Shown: positions 1 to 11,745, counted from the stretch's first letter. The stretch is DNA of 31,516 nt from Octopus sinensis (GCF_006345805.1 NW_021832216.1:1-31516); one strand, 5' to 3'. Program-made: numbers and translations. The notes: generated by a model not told the origin, from the sequence alone.

Positions 1-103
1 GTTCTAGTCCTGTAGAAGCTCCTTCTATAAAATAAATTACTTTACTCTGCTATGTATTGAGTACCTTATTTACTGTGGTTAACCCCGACTCAACGGGACC
101 TAC
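1..103 (+). mobile_element. Penelope-like/retrozyme terminal fragment carrying the 3' half of a hammerhead (cut by window start)
   Basis: 5-24 (tagtcctgtagaagctcctt) is identical to 1040-1059, the stem III/cleavage/stem I' part of the hammerhead at 1008-1053. An AT-rich tail with a near-AATAAA signal follows and ends in (TA)n. Confidence 0.5.
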
Positions 104-107
104 ATAT

Positions 108-141
<34 letters not shown>

Positions 142-208
142 ATATATAATATATATATATATATGTGGTGGTGTGTGTGTGTGTGTGTGGTGTGTGTGTT
201 ATTTTTTT

Positions 209-317
209 CCCCATTACCGTCGCTTGACAACCGATGTTCGTGTTGTTTACGTCCCCGTAACTTAGCGGTTCGGCAAAATTGGCTGATAGAGTAAGTTCTA
301 GGCTTACAAAGAATAAA
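209..317 (+). mobile_element. Octopus SINE family A, 3' body fragment
   Basis: cgcttgacaaccgatg...gtccccgtaacttagcggttcggcaaaa...aggcttacaaagaataa matches the copies at 530-722, 9105-9445, 23026-23429 and 29815-29964. It stops where the mariner fragment begins. Confidence 0.85.
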
Positions 318-323
318 GGTATT

Positions 324-512
324 CAGGATGTGATGGGCAAATTATCACCATTTCATATTTTTAATTTCACGCATGCTCATTGTCTGTTTTTGATCTTGTC
401 GGGTTGGTTGGGCACCGTCTGTGAGGAAAACAGCACCATGTCGCAATTCACTCATCCAGAAATTTGGAAACGACATGCTATATTCCTTGGCATTCGCGCT
501 GGAAGCTCCAAT
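324..512 (+). mobile_element. Tc1/mariner-type DNA transposon 5' end with start of transposase ORF
   Basis: Putative left terminus caggatgtgatgggcaaatt, then ATG at 438 reading MSQFTHPEIWKRHAIFLGIRAGSSN, which I recognise as a mariner-like transposase N-terminus. Truncated by a microsatellite. Confidence 0.55.
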
Positions 513-529
513 ATGTATATGTTTGTGTA

Positions 530-722
530 TGTGTTTGTCCCCTCAACATCGCTTGACAACCGATGCTGATGTGTTTATGTCCCCGTAAATTAGCGGTTCG
601 GCAAAAGAGACCGTAGGAATAAATACCAGGCTTACAATGAATAAGTCCTGGGGTTGATTTGTTTGACTAAAGGCGGTGCTCTAGCATGGCCGCAGTCAAA
701 TGACTGAAACGAATAAAAGAAT
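530..722 (+). mobile_element. Octopus SINE family A, 3' body and tail
   Basis: Family A body ending ggcggtgctctagcatggccgcagtcaaatgactgaaac plus a taaaaga-type tail. Confidence 0.9.
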
Positions 723-770
723 ACTAAGGAGAGTCTAAATACTTCTCCACAAACAAGTTCTAAAATATTC

Positions 771-965
771 ATGCGTGGCTGTGTAGTAAGAAGTTTGCTT
801 CCCAACCACATGGTTCCGGGTTCAGTCCCACAGCGTAACACCTTGGGCAAGTATCTTTTACGATAGCCTCGGGTCGACCAAAGCCTTGTGAATGGATTTG
901 AGAGACGGAAACTGAAAAGAGGCCCGTCGTATATATATATATATATATGTGTGTGCTTGTGTGTG
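771..965 (+). mobile_element. Octopus SINE family A, tRNA-like head and CORE-like domain
   Basis: Pol III-like A box (tggctgtgtagtaa) and B box (ggttcagtccc), accttgggcaag CORE-like motif, gacggaaactgaaa...cccgtcg, then an internal TA/TG microsatellite. Confidence 0.85.
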
Positions 966-1007
966 TAGTGAATACCACCGCAGCTGGACAAGCCCGTCGT
1001 ATATATA

Positions 1008-1053
1008 TTTCCTGAAGATTTCTCTTGAATGAAACAGTTTAGTCCTGTAGAAG
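1008..1053 (+). ncRNA. Type I hammerhead ribozyme motif (short, stem I truncated)
   Basis: Stem I TTTC(1008-1011)/GAAG(1050-1053); CTGAAGA 1012-1018; stem II TTC-TCTT-GAA closed by T.T; GAAA 1031-1034; stem III ACAG/CTGT around TTTAGTC; GUA cleavage triplet 1047-1049. Confidence 0.6.
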
Positions 1054-1120
1054 CTCCTTATATAATATATATATATAATATATTTTATATATATATATAT
1101 ATATATCTATATATTATATA

Positions 1121-1169
<49 letters not shown>

Positions 1170-1222
1170 CACATACAACACAGGTGGTGTGTGTGTATGT
1201 AGTGTGCTTGTTGTCTGGTTGC

Positions 1223-1374
1223 CCTTAACTCAGTTATAGTCCAATATCTAATTACCAAATTATTTAACAAAATAATCACTATTCATATTTTTAAACTTAA
1301 ATTTAAAAATATGAATAGTGATTATTTTGTTAAATAATTTGGTAATTAGATATTGGACTGTAACTGAGTTAAGG
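1223..1374. repeat. Near-perfect palindrome, 73-bp arms, 6-nt spacer
   Basis: 1223-1295 is the reverse complement of 1302-1374 with one mismatch (T1237 opposite G1360). Spacer is cttaaa. Confidence 0.97.
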
Positions 1375-1625
1375 ATATTCGTGAGTTTATTATGTTTTTT
1401 AAAGCCATATTATATCTTAATAGATAAATACATTTTTCTATCTGTTTTTTTTTTACCTTAAAAATTAATATTTAACATAATAAATGGGCTGTATGACATA
1501 ATCCTGATGTTTTAAGTTTCTAATTTAGATAATAGAGTTTTTTTATAAGAAAAATTATTATTTTATTTATTTCTTAAAAAATATTGTTTAACTCTATTTG
1601 CTTATTTATTTAACTATTATCATTA

Positions 1626-1720
1626 ACCTGAAGATTGAATATAATCTTAATTCGAATTTTCAATTGAATTTAAACTTAATTGTAATTCGAATTGAATTAT
1701 AGCCATGAAACGTACGTAGT
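1626..1720 (+). ncRNA. Degenerate type I hammerhead motif with about 72-nt stem II
   Basis: CTGAAGA 1628-1634. Long imperfect hairpin (tataat 1640-45/attata 1696-1701; aattcgaatt 1649-58/1684-93; caatt/aattg). GAAA 1707-1710, palindromic stem III ACGTACGT, GUA 1716-1718. Stem I is only 2 bp. Confidence 0.5.
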
Positions 1721-1874
1721 GTTTTTACTTATTATATTATATTTAACCTTTTTATACTTTTTGGTTAGGTATATATAAAAAAAATTAAAAATTAAAAAAT
1801 TAAAAAAATATAATTTAAAAATTTAAAAATATAAATTAAAAAATTTAAAATTTTAGTAATTTAAATTTTAAATT

Positions 1875-1923
<49 letters not shown>

Positions 1924-2092
1924 CAATTATATTTATTTTTTGTTTTTTATGTTTTGGTTTATGTCTATCACTGTTTGAGTTGCCTAATATGGTTTTATCT
2001 CTAATTTAACTTATATTTATACTGTGAAATTTGATTTAATCCTAAATCTAACTTTTCCCTGTAAGTTTGGATATACTCCCTAATATATATAC

Positions 2093-2133
<41 letters not shown>

Positions 2134-2161
2134 TATATACATAATAATATACATATTATAT

Positions 2162-2197
<36 letters not shown>

Positions 2198-2677
2198 ATA
2201 TGAGAATAACATAAAATAGAATAGAGATAGAAAGTTAATCCCTGTTTATTATTAACAAATTGGTCATTTTCGCTTCTTACAGCTGTTTCAATTAATACCC
2301 AATAATCTAATTACAAATTTGTAGATTAAATTTACATTTATGTGACATGAGTATAATTTCAGCTGAGGAAAAAAGATGTACTTTGGATGTCATATGTGCA
2401 GCAGTTTAATTAAACACACACACACATACACACACACACAGACACACAAACACACACACACATATGTCTGTGTGTGTGTGTATGTATGTATATATAAAAA
2501 AGGCATAGATAATGGGCTTTACATATTTCTTTATTAGTGCATCGTTGACTTACAGATGTTTCCGGAAGCATTTTAAGTGCATTCATGGTTCCGTTTTATC
2601 CAGTCGTTCTATTGAACCATCTTATCAGATGCTGTCATCGTCGGCGTCCGCACAGACGGGAACTAAAGGAACGCGTC

Positions 2678-2720
<43 letters not shown>

Positions 2721-3021
2721 TGTGTTTGTGCTTGTGTGTGTGTGTGTGCGTGTGCGTGTGTGTGCTTGTGTGTGTATCTGCATTTGTATATGAGCGTATA
2801 CACACAATACACGCATATATGCATGCATGCATACATACATGTCTACGTACATATACATTGCGCTAGTAAATGAGATGTATGTTTGTATACGCATATGTGT
2901 GGGAGTACACACACATACACTACTCAGACAGACACAGACACAAACACGCACACACACATACTCAGACACACACATATGTATACTTGAACGCTATAATGTC
3001 ATAGAAGCAGTCTTTTTGCGC

Positions 3022-3111
3022 TGACGTCAGTGTGACGTCGAATAATTAATGGTGACGTCAATGGAGTGCTGTAGGTGTCGCTGTTAATAGTGTTACTTGA
3101 GTCAGATGACG
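3022..3111. promoter_or_regulatory. Cluster of bZIP sites (CRE x3, AP-1, half-CRE)
   Basis: TGACGTCA 3022-3029, TGACGTCG 3033-3040, TGACGTCA 3053-3060, TGAGTCA 3098-3104, TGACG 3107-3111. Confidence 0.5.
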
Positions 3112-3237
3112 ATTCACTCACTTCTTAATAAAATGTCTTAATAATGTGTTCTCAACAATTCTCGTTTCTACAAAGTATTAAGAAAAAACTTGGGTTTTTG
3201 TTTTGTGCGTGTACTCTGTATGGCCTTAATGTAAGAG

Positions 3238-3656
<419 letters not shown>

Positions 3657-3721
3657 GAGAACCAAGTGGATATTGATGACGAACGGTGATTATCCTAATT
3701 TAGTGGTAGAAGAGTAAGGAC

Positions 3722-4300
3722 TGGTCAGGATTTGATGACGTGGAGTTGCGATTCTTCTTCCTGCACCTTTTCTGCTTGAGAGTGTCCCTGCAGGTGTTGA
3801 TGAAGGAGGAGACAACATGGTTGATTGGAAATGCAAGGCGTCACAGTCTCCAGCCATGGCGGACCACTGGCGACGCTCAATGTGGCAGTCACCAAGGGAT
3901 GTTTTTCAAACAGTCCTTGTATGGCTTCTTTGGTGTCCCTCTGTCGCGATGGCCGGTGGAAAGTTCGCTGTACAGGTTGATCTTGGACAGGCGATGATCT
4001 TTCATCCCGAAGACGTGCCCTGCTCAGCGTATCTGGGGCTTCAGCAGCATGGCCTCGACGGTGGTGACCCATGCTTCTTTAGGGACTTCAACATTGGTGA
4101 CGAAGTCACTCCAGTGGATGTTGAGGATGGTGTGCAGGTAGCGTTGGTGGAAGCGTTCGAAGAGTCGTAGATGGTGGGGATAAGTGACCCTCAACTTTGA
4201 GCCATATAGGAAGATGGTATGAACTATGATCTTGGTGCCCTTTTTTCAGGTGTGGAAGTGTGTTGTGATAGGAATTGGTAAACAGCCAGAGAAAAGTTTT
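3722..4300 (-). mobile_element. RTE/BovB-like LINE, decayed 3' ORF fragment
   Basis: Hand translation with stops and frameshifts: KKGTKI...LYGS...LRLFERFHQRYLHTILNIHWSDFVTNVEV...AMLLKPQIR*AGHVFGMKDHRLSKINLYSELSTGHRDRGTPKKPYKD, the post-RT region typical of RTE LINEs. Confidence 0.85.
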
Positions 4301-4439
4301 GCCACGAGGTTTTGCCACTAGATGCGGGGAAAAGATGATGTACGGGAAAGAGTTATTACAGTTGATCTGGCGAAGATTGCGTGTGTTGGTGTGGATTGTT
4401 TAAGATATAAAAAAAAGTTTAGCCTTCATGATATGCAAC

Positions 4440-4850
4440 CTCTTTTTTGTCATCTATACAATTTGAAATCCAGTCGGTGTTGAGTGTTTCAATGTCCCTA
4501 ACAGAGTGAGCGTTGACGTATAGCATTTGATGGTGGGAATCTGAACAATAACGCAACTCTCACTTCAAACAAACAAAATCTTCTAATAATAAATTTCCCT
4601 CGGCACACACGCCTTACAAACTACTTTCCTCTTACTTCCTCTGTTTACACACCCATACACCAACTCCCCAGACCTACGTACACCAAGCATTATTATCATT
4701 TCCCATAACTCCATCTACCTTAGAAAAACGACATACCATAGACTAAATGGACCCAAAAGTAGAACGGTCCGACGAAGGCTAGAAGGTCGAAGCTTCAAAG
4801 TCTCTACATCACTTCTTGTAAAAGTGTAATAAATACGTACCCAGCAAAAA
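4440..4850 (+). mobile_element. Possible decayed Penelope-like element 3' end
   Basis: Relic ccgacgaaggctagaaggtcgaagcttc at 4768-4795 resembles a mutated CUGACGA-stemII-GAAA motif and is followed by aataaa. Only weak protein-level hints upstream. Confidence 0.3.
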
Positions 4851-5148
4851 TGTATTGAATAATTCTTCAGTTTAATATTAAATAGTTTTGTAACTCGATA
4901 TAAAAACAAAAATTATAAACAGCATACACATACATGTTTGTGTGTGCACATGCACACTTACAAACACACACGCATGTACGTGAGCATGTGTGCTTGTATT
5001 TTAGTATGTATATAAATAAAATGCAAGTTTTCATGCATGTTCTAAGGCCGTCCCTGATGGGAGGTCCTTTCGTCGATCTAATCAACTGCCCCCCACCCCA
5101 AAATTTCTGGCCTTGTGCCTAGAATAGAAAGGATTATTACAATTGCTA

Positions 5149-5511
5149 AGGCGGTGAGCTGGCAGAATTGTTAGCACGCCGGGCGAAATGCTTAGCGGTA
5201 CTTCGTCTGCCGTTACGTTCTGAGTTCAAATTCCGCCGGAGTCGACTTTGCCTTTCATCCTTTCGGGGGCGATTAAATAAGTACCAGTTACGCACTGGGG
5301 TCGATATAATCGACTTAATCCGTTTGTTTGTCCCCTCTATATTTAGCCCCTTGTGGGCAATAAAGAAATAAGAATCGTTAGCACTCTGGACAAAATGCTA
5401 AGCGCTATTTCATCTGCCGCTACGTTCTGAGTTCAAATTCCGTCGAGGTCGACTTTGCCTTTTCGGGGTCGATAAATTAAGTACCAGTTACGCACTGGGG
5501 TCATTGTAATC
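5149..5511 (+). mobile_element. Octopus SINE family B, full copy plus 5'-truncated tandem copy
   Basis: aggcggtgagctggcagaa head, gagttcaaattcc B box, gtcgactttgcctttcatcctttcgggg central domain and gccccttgtgggcaataaagaaat tail (5149-5370). Second unit spans 5373-5511. Confidence 0.92.
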
Positions 5512-5880
5512 ATCACAAATGTCAGACTTTGTGCTTGTTGAAGATACGATTATTATGATTGTTGTTGCCGTCTGTGATAGTACGGTTATTACTGTTGCTT
5601 TTGTTCTGGTTGTTGCTGTATTGGTAATACATTATTATTGTTTAAACTACTTTTCTTACTGCAGCTGTTAATGTTGCTTTTGTGGTCAATACAAAGCTTG
5701 TTGTTTTTTTTGTTATTGTTGTGATAATTGCAATTGTAGTTGTTTTTGCAGTGGGGGAAAAAAAGAAGAATCAGATTACAACAACAACAAAAGCAACACT
5801 AAAATAAGCGGGTCGGCAGTTACCACCTCGTTCACATATTCTTCAGTATTAAATCCCTCGTCCTATATTGTATTATTAGT

Positions 5881-7835
5881 TCGATAGATCGATGCAGGCG
5901 CCGTTGATCTGAAACTATTCCAGTCTCCACTCCTCTCCCTCTCTTCTTCCTCTCTATCACTTCTTCTTCTCCATCTCTTCTTCCTCTCCCTCTCTCCTTC
6001 ACTCTCCCTCTCCCCATCACTCTCTCTGTCTCAGATATTTCGCCCTTAAAATACCGAAGAGGTAGAGGGAAACACAACCATGGTCACCACCATCGTCACA
6101 ACCATCGATAGATCGTTGATCTTAACCTATACCACTATCCCCTCCTCTCCCTCTCTCCTTCCTCTCCCCCTCCTTCCTCGCCATCGCTCCTTTCCCTCCC
6201 TCTCTCCCTCTCCCTCCCTCGCTCCCTCCCTCCCTTCCCTCTCCCTCCCTCGCTCCCTCTCCCTCCCTCTCCCCCTCCTTCCCTCTCTCCTTCCTCTCCT
6301 TTTCTCCTTCCTCTCCTTTTCTCCTTCCTCTCCTTTTCTCCTTCCTATCTCTCATTGCTCACCTCTCTCCTTCCTATCCCTCTCTCCTTCCTCTCCTCAT
6401 CACTATCCTCCTCTCTCTCACCTTGCTCTCCCTCTCTCCTTCCTCTCCCCATCACTCTGTCTCAGATTTTCCACCCTTAAAATACTGATGACGTTTGGGG
6501 AAGCACAACCATTGTCACCACCATCGTCACAACCATCGATAGATCGACGTTGATCTGAACCTATTCAACTCTCCCCTCTTCTCCCTCTCAGCTTCCTCTC
6601 CCTCTCTCCTTCCTCTCCCTATGTTTTTCCTTTCCCTCTCTCCTTTCTCTCCCTCGCGCCTTCCTTTCTCTCACCTTGCTCTTCATCTCTCCTTCCTATC
6701 CCACTCTCCTTCCTCTCCACATCACTATCTCTGTCTCTCACTCACCTTGCTCTCCCTCTCACCTTGCTCTCCCTCTCTCCTTCCTCTTTCTCTCCTTCCT
6801 ATCTCCGTCACTATCTCTGTCTCTCTCTCACCTTGCTCTCACTCTCTCCTTCATCTCCATCTCTCCCTCATCTCCTCTCTCCTTCGTATCTCTCCTTGCT
6901 CTCCCTCTATCTTTGCTCTCCTTCCCTCCTTCCTCTCCCCGTCACTCTCTCTGTCTCTGATTTTCCCCCCTAAAATACCGATGACGGGGGAAGCACAACC
7001 ATCGTCACCACCATCGTCACCACCATCGTCACCACCATCGTGACAACCATCGGTAGATCGACGTTGATCTGAACATATTCAACTCTCCCCTTTCTCCCTC
7101 TCTCCCTCTTTTCCCTCTATCCTTCCTCTCCCTCTCCCCATCCCCTTCCTCTCCCTCTCTTTTTCCTCTCCCTCTCTCCTTCCTCTCCTTCCTTTCCCTG
7201 TCTCCTTACTCTCCCTTCTCCCCACCCCTTCCGCCTTCCTCTCCCTTTCTCCTTGCTCTCCCCATCACTCTCTCTGTCTCAGATTTTCCCCCTTAAAATA
7301 CCGATGACGTTGGGGGAAGCACAACCATCGTCATCACCATCGTCCGTCAGAACCATCGATAGATCGACGTTGATCTGAACCTATTCAACTCTCCCCTCTT
7401 CTTCCTCTCACCTTCCTCTCCCATTCTCCTTCCTCTACCTCGCTCCTTCCCTTCCCTCTCTCCTTCCTCTCCCTAACTCCTTTCCTTTCCTCTCTCCTTT
7501 CTCTCCCTTTCTCCTTCCTATCTCTCATCTTGCTCTCCCTCTCTCCTTGCTCTCCCTCTATCTTTGCTCTCCATATCTCCTTGCTCTCCCTATCTTCTTG
7601 CTCTCCATCTCTCCTCGCTCTCCCTCTCTCCTACCTATCTCTCTCCGTTCTCTCCCCATCACTATCCCTGTCTCTCTCTCTCCTTGGTCTCCCTCTCTCT
7701 TTCGTCTCCCTCTCTCCTTCCCCTCCTTCCTCTCTCTTCTTGCTCTCCCTCTCTGCTTCCTCTCACCATCACTCTCTCTGTGTCAGATTTCCCCCTAAAA
7801 TGACGTTGGGGGAAGCACAACCATCATCACCACCA
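5881..7835. repeat. Tandem array of conserved ~125-bp blocks separated by variable polypyrimidine tracts
   Basis: Anchor gatagatcg (or variant) at 5883, 6107, 6538, 7052 and 7358, plus a truncated sixth block near 7780-7830. Spacing 224, 431, 514 and 306 bp. Spacers are almost purely C/T. Confidence 0.92.
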
Positions 7836-9104
7836 ACGCAACCACCACCTCTTACAACAACAGCAACAACAGCAGCAACAACAACAACAACAACGGCAAT
7901 AACAACAAGTAGTTGATTTAATTTCTTAATCCGCCTTCTGAAGCCTTTCCCCGTTTCTGAAGCCATTTGGGCATAATTTTGTTGTTGTTGATGTTGTTAC
8001 TGGTGGTTATTGCTGTTTTTTTTTTGTATTGATTACTGAAAGAAGGGAAGTGGGGTGAGGGAGCAGACTTGGGAGGGTGTAGAACGGGAGAGTGGGTAAG
8101 AGGTCAGCAATGCCCATTATTATCGAATACCGTTACAGACAGAAGCAAGATCAATACGGTTGAAGTTTTGTAGGTCGGCGCCTACAAGAAGAAACTTGCG
8201 TCAAAAGAGGGTGTTCCCGACGAGGCGGGTGCGGTTGGTGAGCAGAAAGATATCTGGGGTGGAGCGATAGGGTATATATTCTTTAGTGCAGAAGTCTGGC
8301 GTGATGCACAACAATTGTTGTTGTTCTTAAAGTTGGAGCTGTTTAATACAAGTTTGCCTTGATAAAGTAAATTTATGATGAAGTCTGTTCCATCCGTGAC
8401 CACTCCGTGTCTTTATATATCAACGACATTCTCGTATGTGTATCGTTCCTATTTTGTTTTCATTAAGGCAGTAGGATAGAATTTTAAAGGCGGTTTGTTG
8501 CTATTTCTAGCACGGCGACGACCATGTGGAGTTAGTGAGTCTCTGTCTGTACATTGGAGGCGTGCATATTTGGCGCAAGACTTTAGTTCCAATTGATCTT
8601 TTCATATAAATATATATGTAGGTCACAAATAGAATGACTATGATCATGGGTTTACCCGGTCAGTGCCTACCTAGGGCTAAACATCAACAATCTGTGAATA
8701 CTCAGACTCATTTTTAATTTCGCATCGTTTGAAGCTGTTTGAGTTTTTATTCACATTCGTACTTAATTAACCATTTATAGAAATATGTAATCAGCGATCA
8801 GTAGTTCATTAGTACTGCTTAGTAATGCTTAGACCAGGACAAAGACTAATTAGTACTGATTAGTACTAAATAACTAATAAAATTGCACTTTCCCCCCTCT
8901 TTCTCTTTATGGCCCTCTGTGCATGTATATGCTTATGTAGTATATGTATGTATGTACGCATGTTTATATATGTTTGTGTATATACACACATGCAAACATA
9001 CGCACACACGCACACACACACACACATACACACACACATATACATATACACATATATACATGTACATACTTGCACACACACACAGACATATACATACACA
9101 CACA

Positions 9105-9445
9105 TTCTTTTACTCTTTTACTTGTTTCAGTCATTTGATTGCGGTCTATAGTCGAGCAAATCGACCCCAGGACTTATTCTTTGTAAGCCTAGTACTTATT
9201 CAATCGGTCCCTCTTGCCGAACCGCTATCTTACGGAGACGTAAACGCACATGAATCAGTGATGTGGGGGGGGGCATAGACACACACACACATACGATAGG
9301 CTTCTTTCAGTTTCCGTCTACCAAATCCACTCACAAGGCTTTGCTCAACTCGAGGCTATAGTAGAAGACACTTGCCCAAGGTGTCACAGTGGGACTGAAC
9401 CCAGAACCATGTGGTTTGGAAGCAAGCTACTTACTACACAGCCAC
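9105..9445 (-). mobile_element. Octopus SINE family A, near full length
   Basis: Reverse complement of head, CORE-like domain, microsatellite, 3' body and (taaaagag) tail, with a small internal deletion. Confidence 0.92.
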
Positions 9446-9807
9446 TTCTGCGCAAATACATAGACACACACACACACACACGTACACGCACACACAAATA
9501 TGCGTGTGTGTGTGTGTGTGTGTGTATCTGTGTGTTTGTATGTGCACACAACAACATACACTTACATGTACACACGTAAGAACGCGAGAAACCACAGACA
9601 CTGGCACACAAACACACACACCACACACATGTACAGTAGTACACATGCACACATACACTCAAACATATACACATGCACGCGTGCGCGCGTAGTCTCAGAC
9701 TCGTTTTCATGTAAAATCTTTACGTTGTATTTTTTTATATAATTTTTAATTATTCTTTTCTGTTGAATGTAAAAGCTTCCTAACATGAAACACAACCTGA
9801 AGGTATC

Positions 9808-9809
9808 TG

Positions 9810-9908
<99 letters not shown>
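9808..9908. repeat. (TCTA)n microsatellite
   Basis: Pure tcta tandem run. Confidence 0.97.
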
Positions 9909-10054
9909 GTTTATATCTCTTGCTCTCTTTCTCTCTTTCTGTCTCTATATTTATACACATATACACATGTATTATATTTATGCATATAAATACGTATGTA
10001 TATTGATATATATACATGTATATATGTATGCAAGTATGTATGTATATATGTGTT

Positions 10055-10097
<43 letters not shown>

Positions 10098-10291
10098 CTT
10101 TATACACACATGAGCCAGAATCCATTGAACATCTTGCTTTGCTAAATACCATTTAAAACATTTATTACAGCCCGAGGAAATGTGTGTATCTCTGTGTGTG
10201 TTTTTGTGTGTCTGTGTCTGTCGTACCTTTGAAAGCGGTTGATCGTCTATACATACATACTACCACTGCCACCACGTACATGCATACATAC

Positions 10292-10336
<45 letters not shown>

Positions 10337-10917
10337 CATGTATGTTTTCGTTACCGTGCAGAATTCATAAATGATATAAGAATATGAAAACAATACCACG
10401 AACAACAAAGAAAAAATCTAAACAGAAAAACACAACAGAAAACAAATAACATCCCTCCTCACCACCACCACCACCACCACCACACCAGTCTCCTAGCAAT
10501 CTAACAATATTACTTAAATATTGCATTTCAACAATTTCTGTAAAAATTTTCTCATTTTCTGTAATTTTCAATTTCAGTTTTCGCCATTCAATTATATAAA
10601 TGGCGTCCATTATTCCCGTCTGTTCTGTCTGTCCATGGAAGTACGAAAGTATTACGTTGTCAGAAGTAGCTAGCTCTGTACGGCTTTGGGGAGCGGTTTG
10701 TTGTATAAAACGAAATGCGTTTCAGACGAGCGATTATATCTCGTTTCTCTTTTTTTAAGTTTCGTTTTCTTTTATAACCCTCTGGGGTTTAAAATATTTT
10801 GTTGCTTTGGTAGTATCAGTTGTCGTGGTGTTGGTAGTTCTGTTTATTACAGTATTGGTGGTTATGATTGTTTAGGAACTAGTTATGGGGTTGTTATTGT
10901 TGTGGTCGTTGTTATGA

Positions 10918-11302
10918 TAGCACGCCGGGCGAAATGCGTAGCCGTATTTCGTCTGCCGTTACGTTCTGAGCTCAAATTCCGCCGAGGTCGACTTTGCCTT
11001 TCATCCTTTGGGGGTCGATAAATTAAGTACCAGTTACACACTGGGGGTCGATGTAATCGACTTAATCTGTTTGTCTGTCCTCGTTTGTCCTCTCTGTGTT
11101 TAGCCCCTTGTGGGTAGTAAAGAAATAGGTATTTCGTATGCCGCTACGTTCTGAGTTCAAATTCCGCAGAGGTCGACTATGCCTTACATCCTTTCGTGGT
11201 CGATAAATTAAGTACCAGTTACGCACTGGGGTCGATGTAATCGACATAATCCGTTTGTCTGTCCCCTCTGTGTTTAGCCCCTTGTGGGTAGTAAAGAAAT
11301 AG
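10918..11302 (+). mobile_element. Octopus SINE family B, head-to-tail dimer
   Basis: Unit 1 spans 10918-11128. Unit 2 (11129-11302) is fused at agaaatag|gtatttcgt. Confidence 0.92.
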
Positions 11303-11627
11303 GTGTTTGTGGTTCTGAGTGTAGTTGTGTTGGTAGTATTTGTGGTAGTGGCAGCTGAAGACGTAGTCTTATAGCAGTAATGGTAGTAGTGGTGGTGGTG
11401 GTGACAGTAGTTGTGCTGGTTGTAGTGATTGTGGTGGAGAAGGAGGTTGTGGTAAAATGCTGTGATGGCTGAGGTAAGAGGTGGAGGTAGTAGGAGTAGT
11501 AGTGTTGTAGTAGCAGTTAGGGTTATGGCGATGCCTGTGATGTGTTACTGTTGTAGTGCGTGTGGAACTATCAATAACGGTCGCAGCAGTAGTTGTAGTA
11601 TTGGTGGTAGTACTGCTAGTAAGTGGT

Positions 11628-11745
11628 CCTCCGTCAGTTACGACAACGAGTGTTCCAGCTGATCTGATCAACGGAACAGCCAGATCTTGAAACTAACGTG
11701 CAAGTGGCAGAGTACTTCACAGACACGCGTGACCTTAACGTACAG
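11628..11745 (-). mobile_element. Octopus SINE family C, 3' fragment
   Basis: Homologous to 12603-12720 (acgtgca.gtggc.gagtact.cacagacacgcg). Confidence 0.75.

Noticed and set aside
1300-1900. Possible mitochondrial insertion (very AT-rich, one ~50-codon frame open in the invertebrate mitochondrial code)
   Set aside because: No recognisable mitochondrial protein, rRNA or tRNA motif. The palindrome and hammerhead explain the region better. A BLAST against the mitogenome would settle it.
2560-2680. Candidate exon DVSGSILSAFMVPFYPVVLLNHLIRCCHRRR after ttacag
   Set aside because: Its 3' end (gacgggaactaaaggaacgcgtcgtatat) is a decayed SINE A core and there is no good donor.
4768-4800. ccgacgaaggctagaaggtcgaagcttc as an active hammerhead
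   Set aside because: U4 is mutated, one A of GAAA is missing and there is no stem I. Kept only as a weak relic feature.
5881-7835. CRISPR-like repeat/spacer look, and a repeated peptide GEAQPSSPPSSQPSIDRR
   Set aside because: Blocks are about 125 bp with homologous low-complexity spacers, there are no cas genes and the context is eukaryotic. Indels in units 2, 5 and 6 break the peptide frame.
10577-10758. Acceptor ttttcaatttcag followed by a 52-codon ORF from ATG 10600
   Set aside because: No convincing donor, no recognisable protein and no supporting context; compatible with chance.
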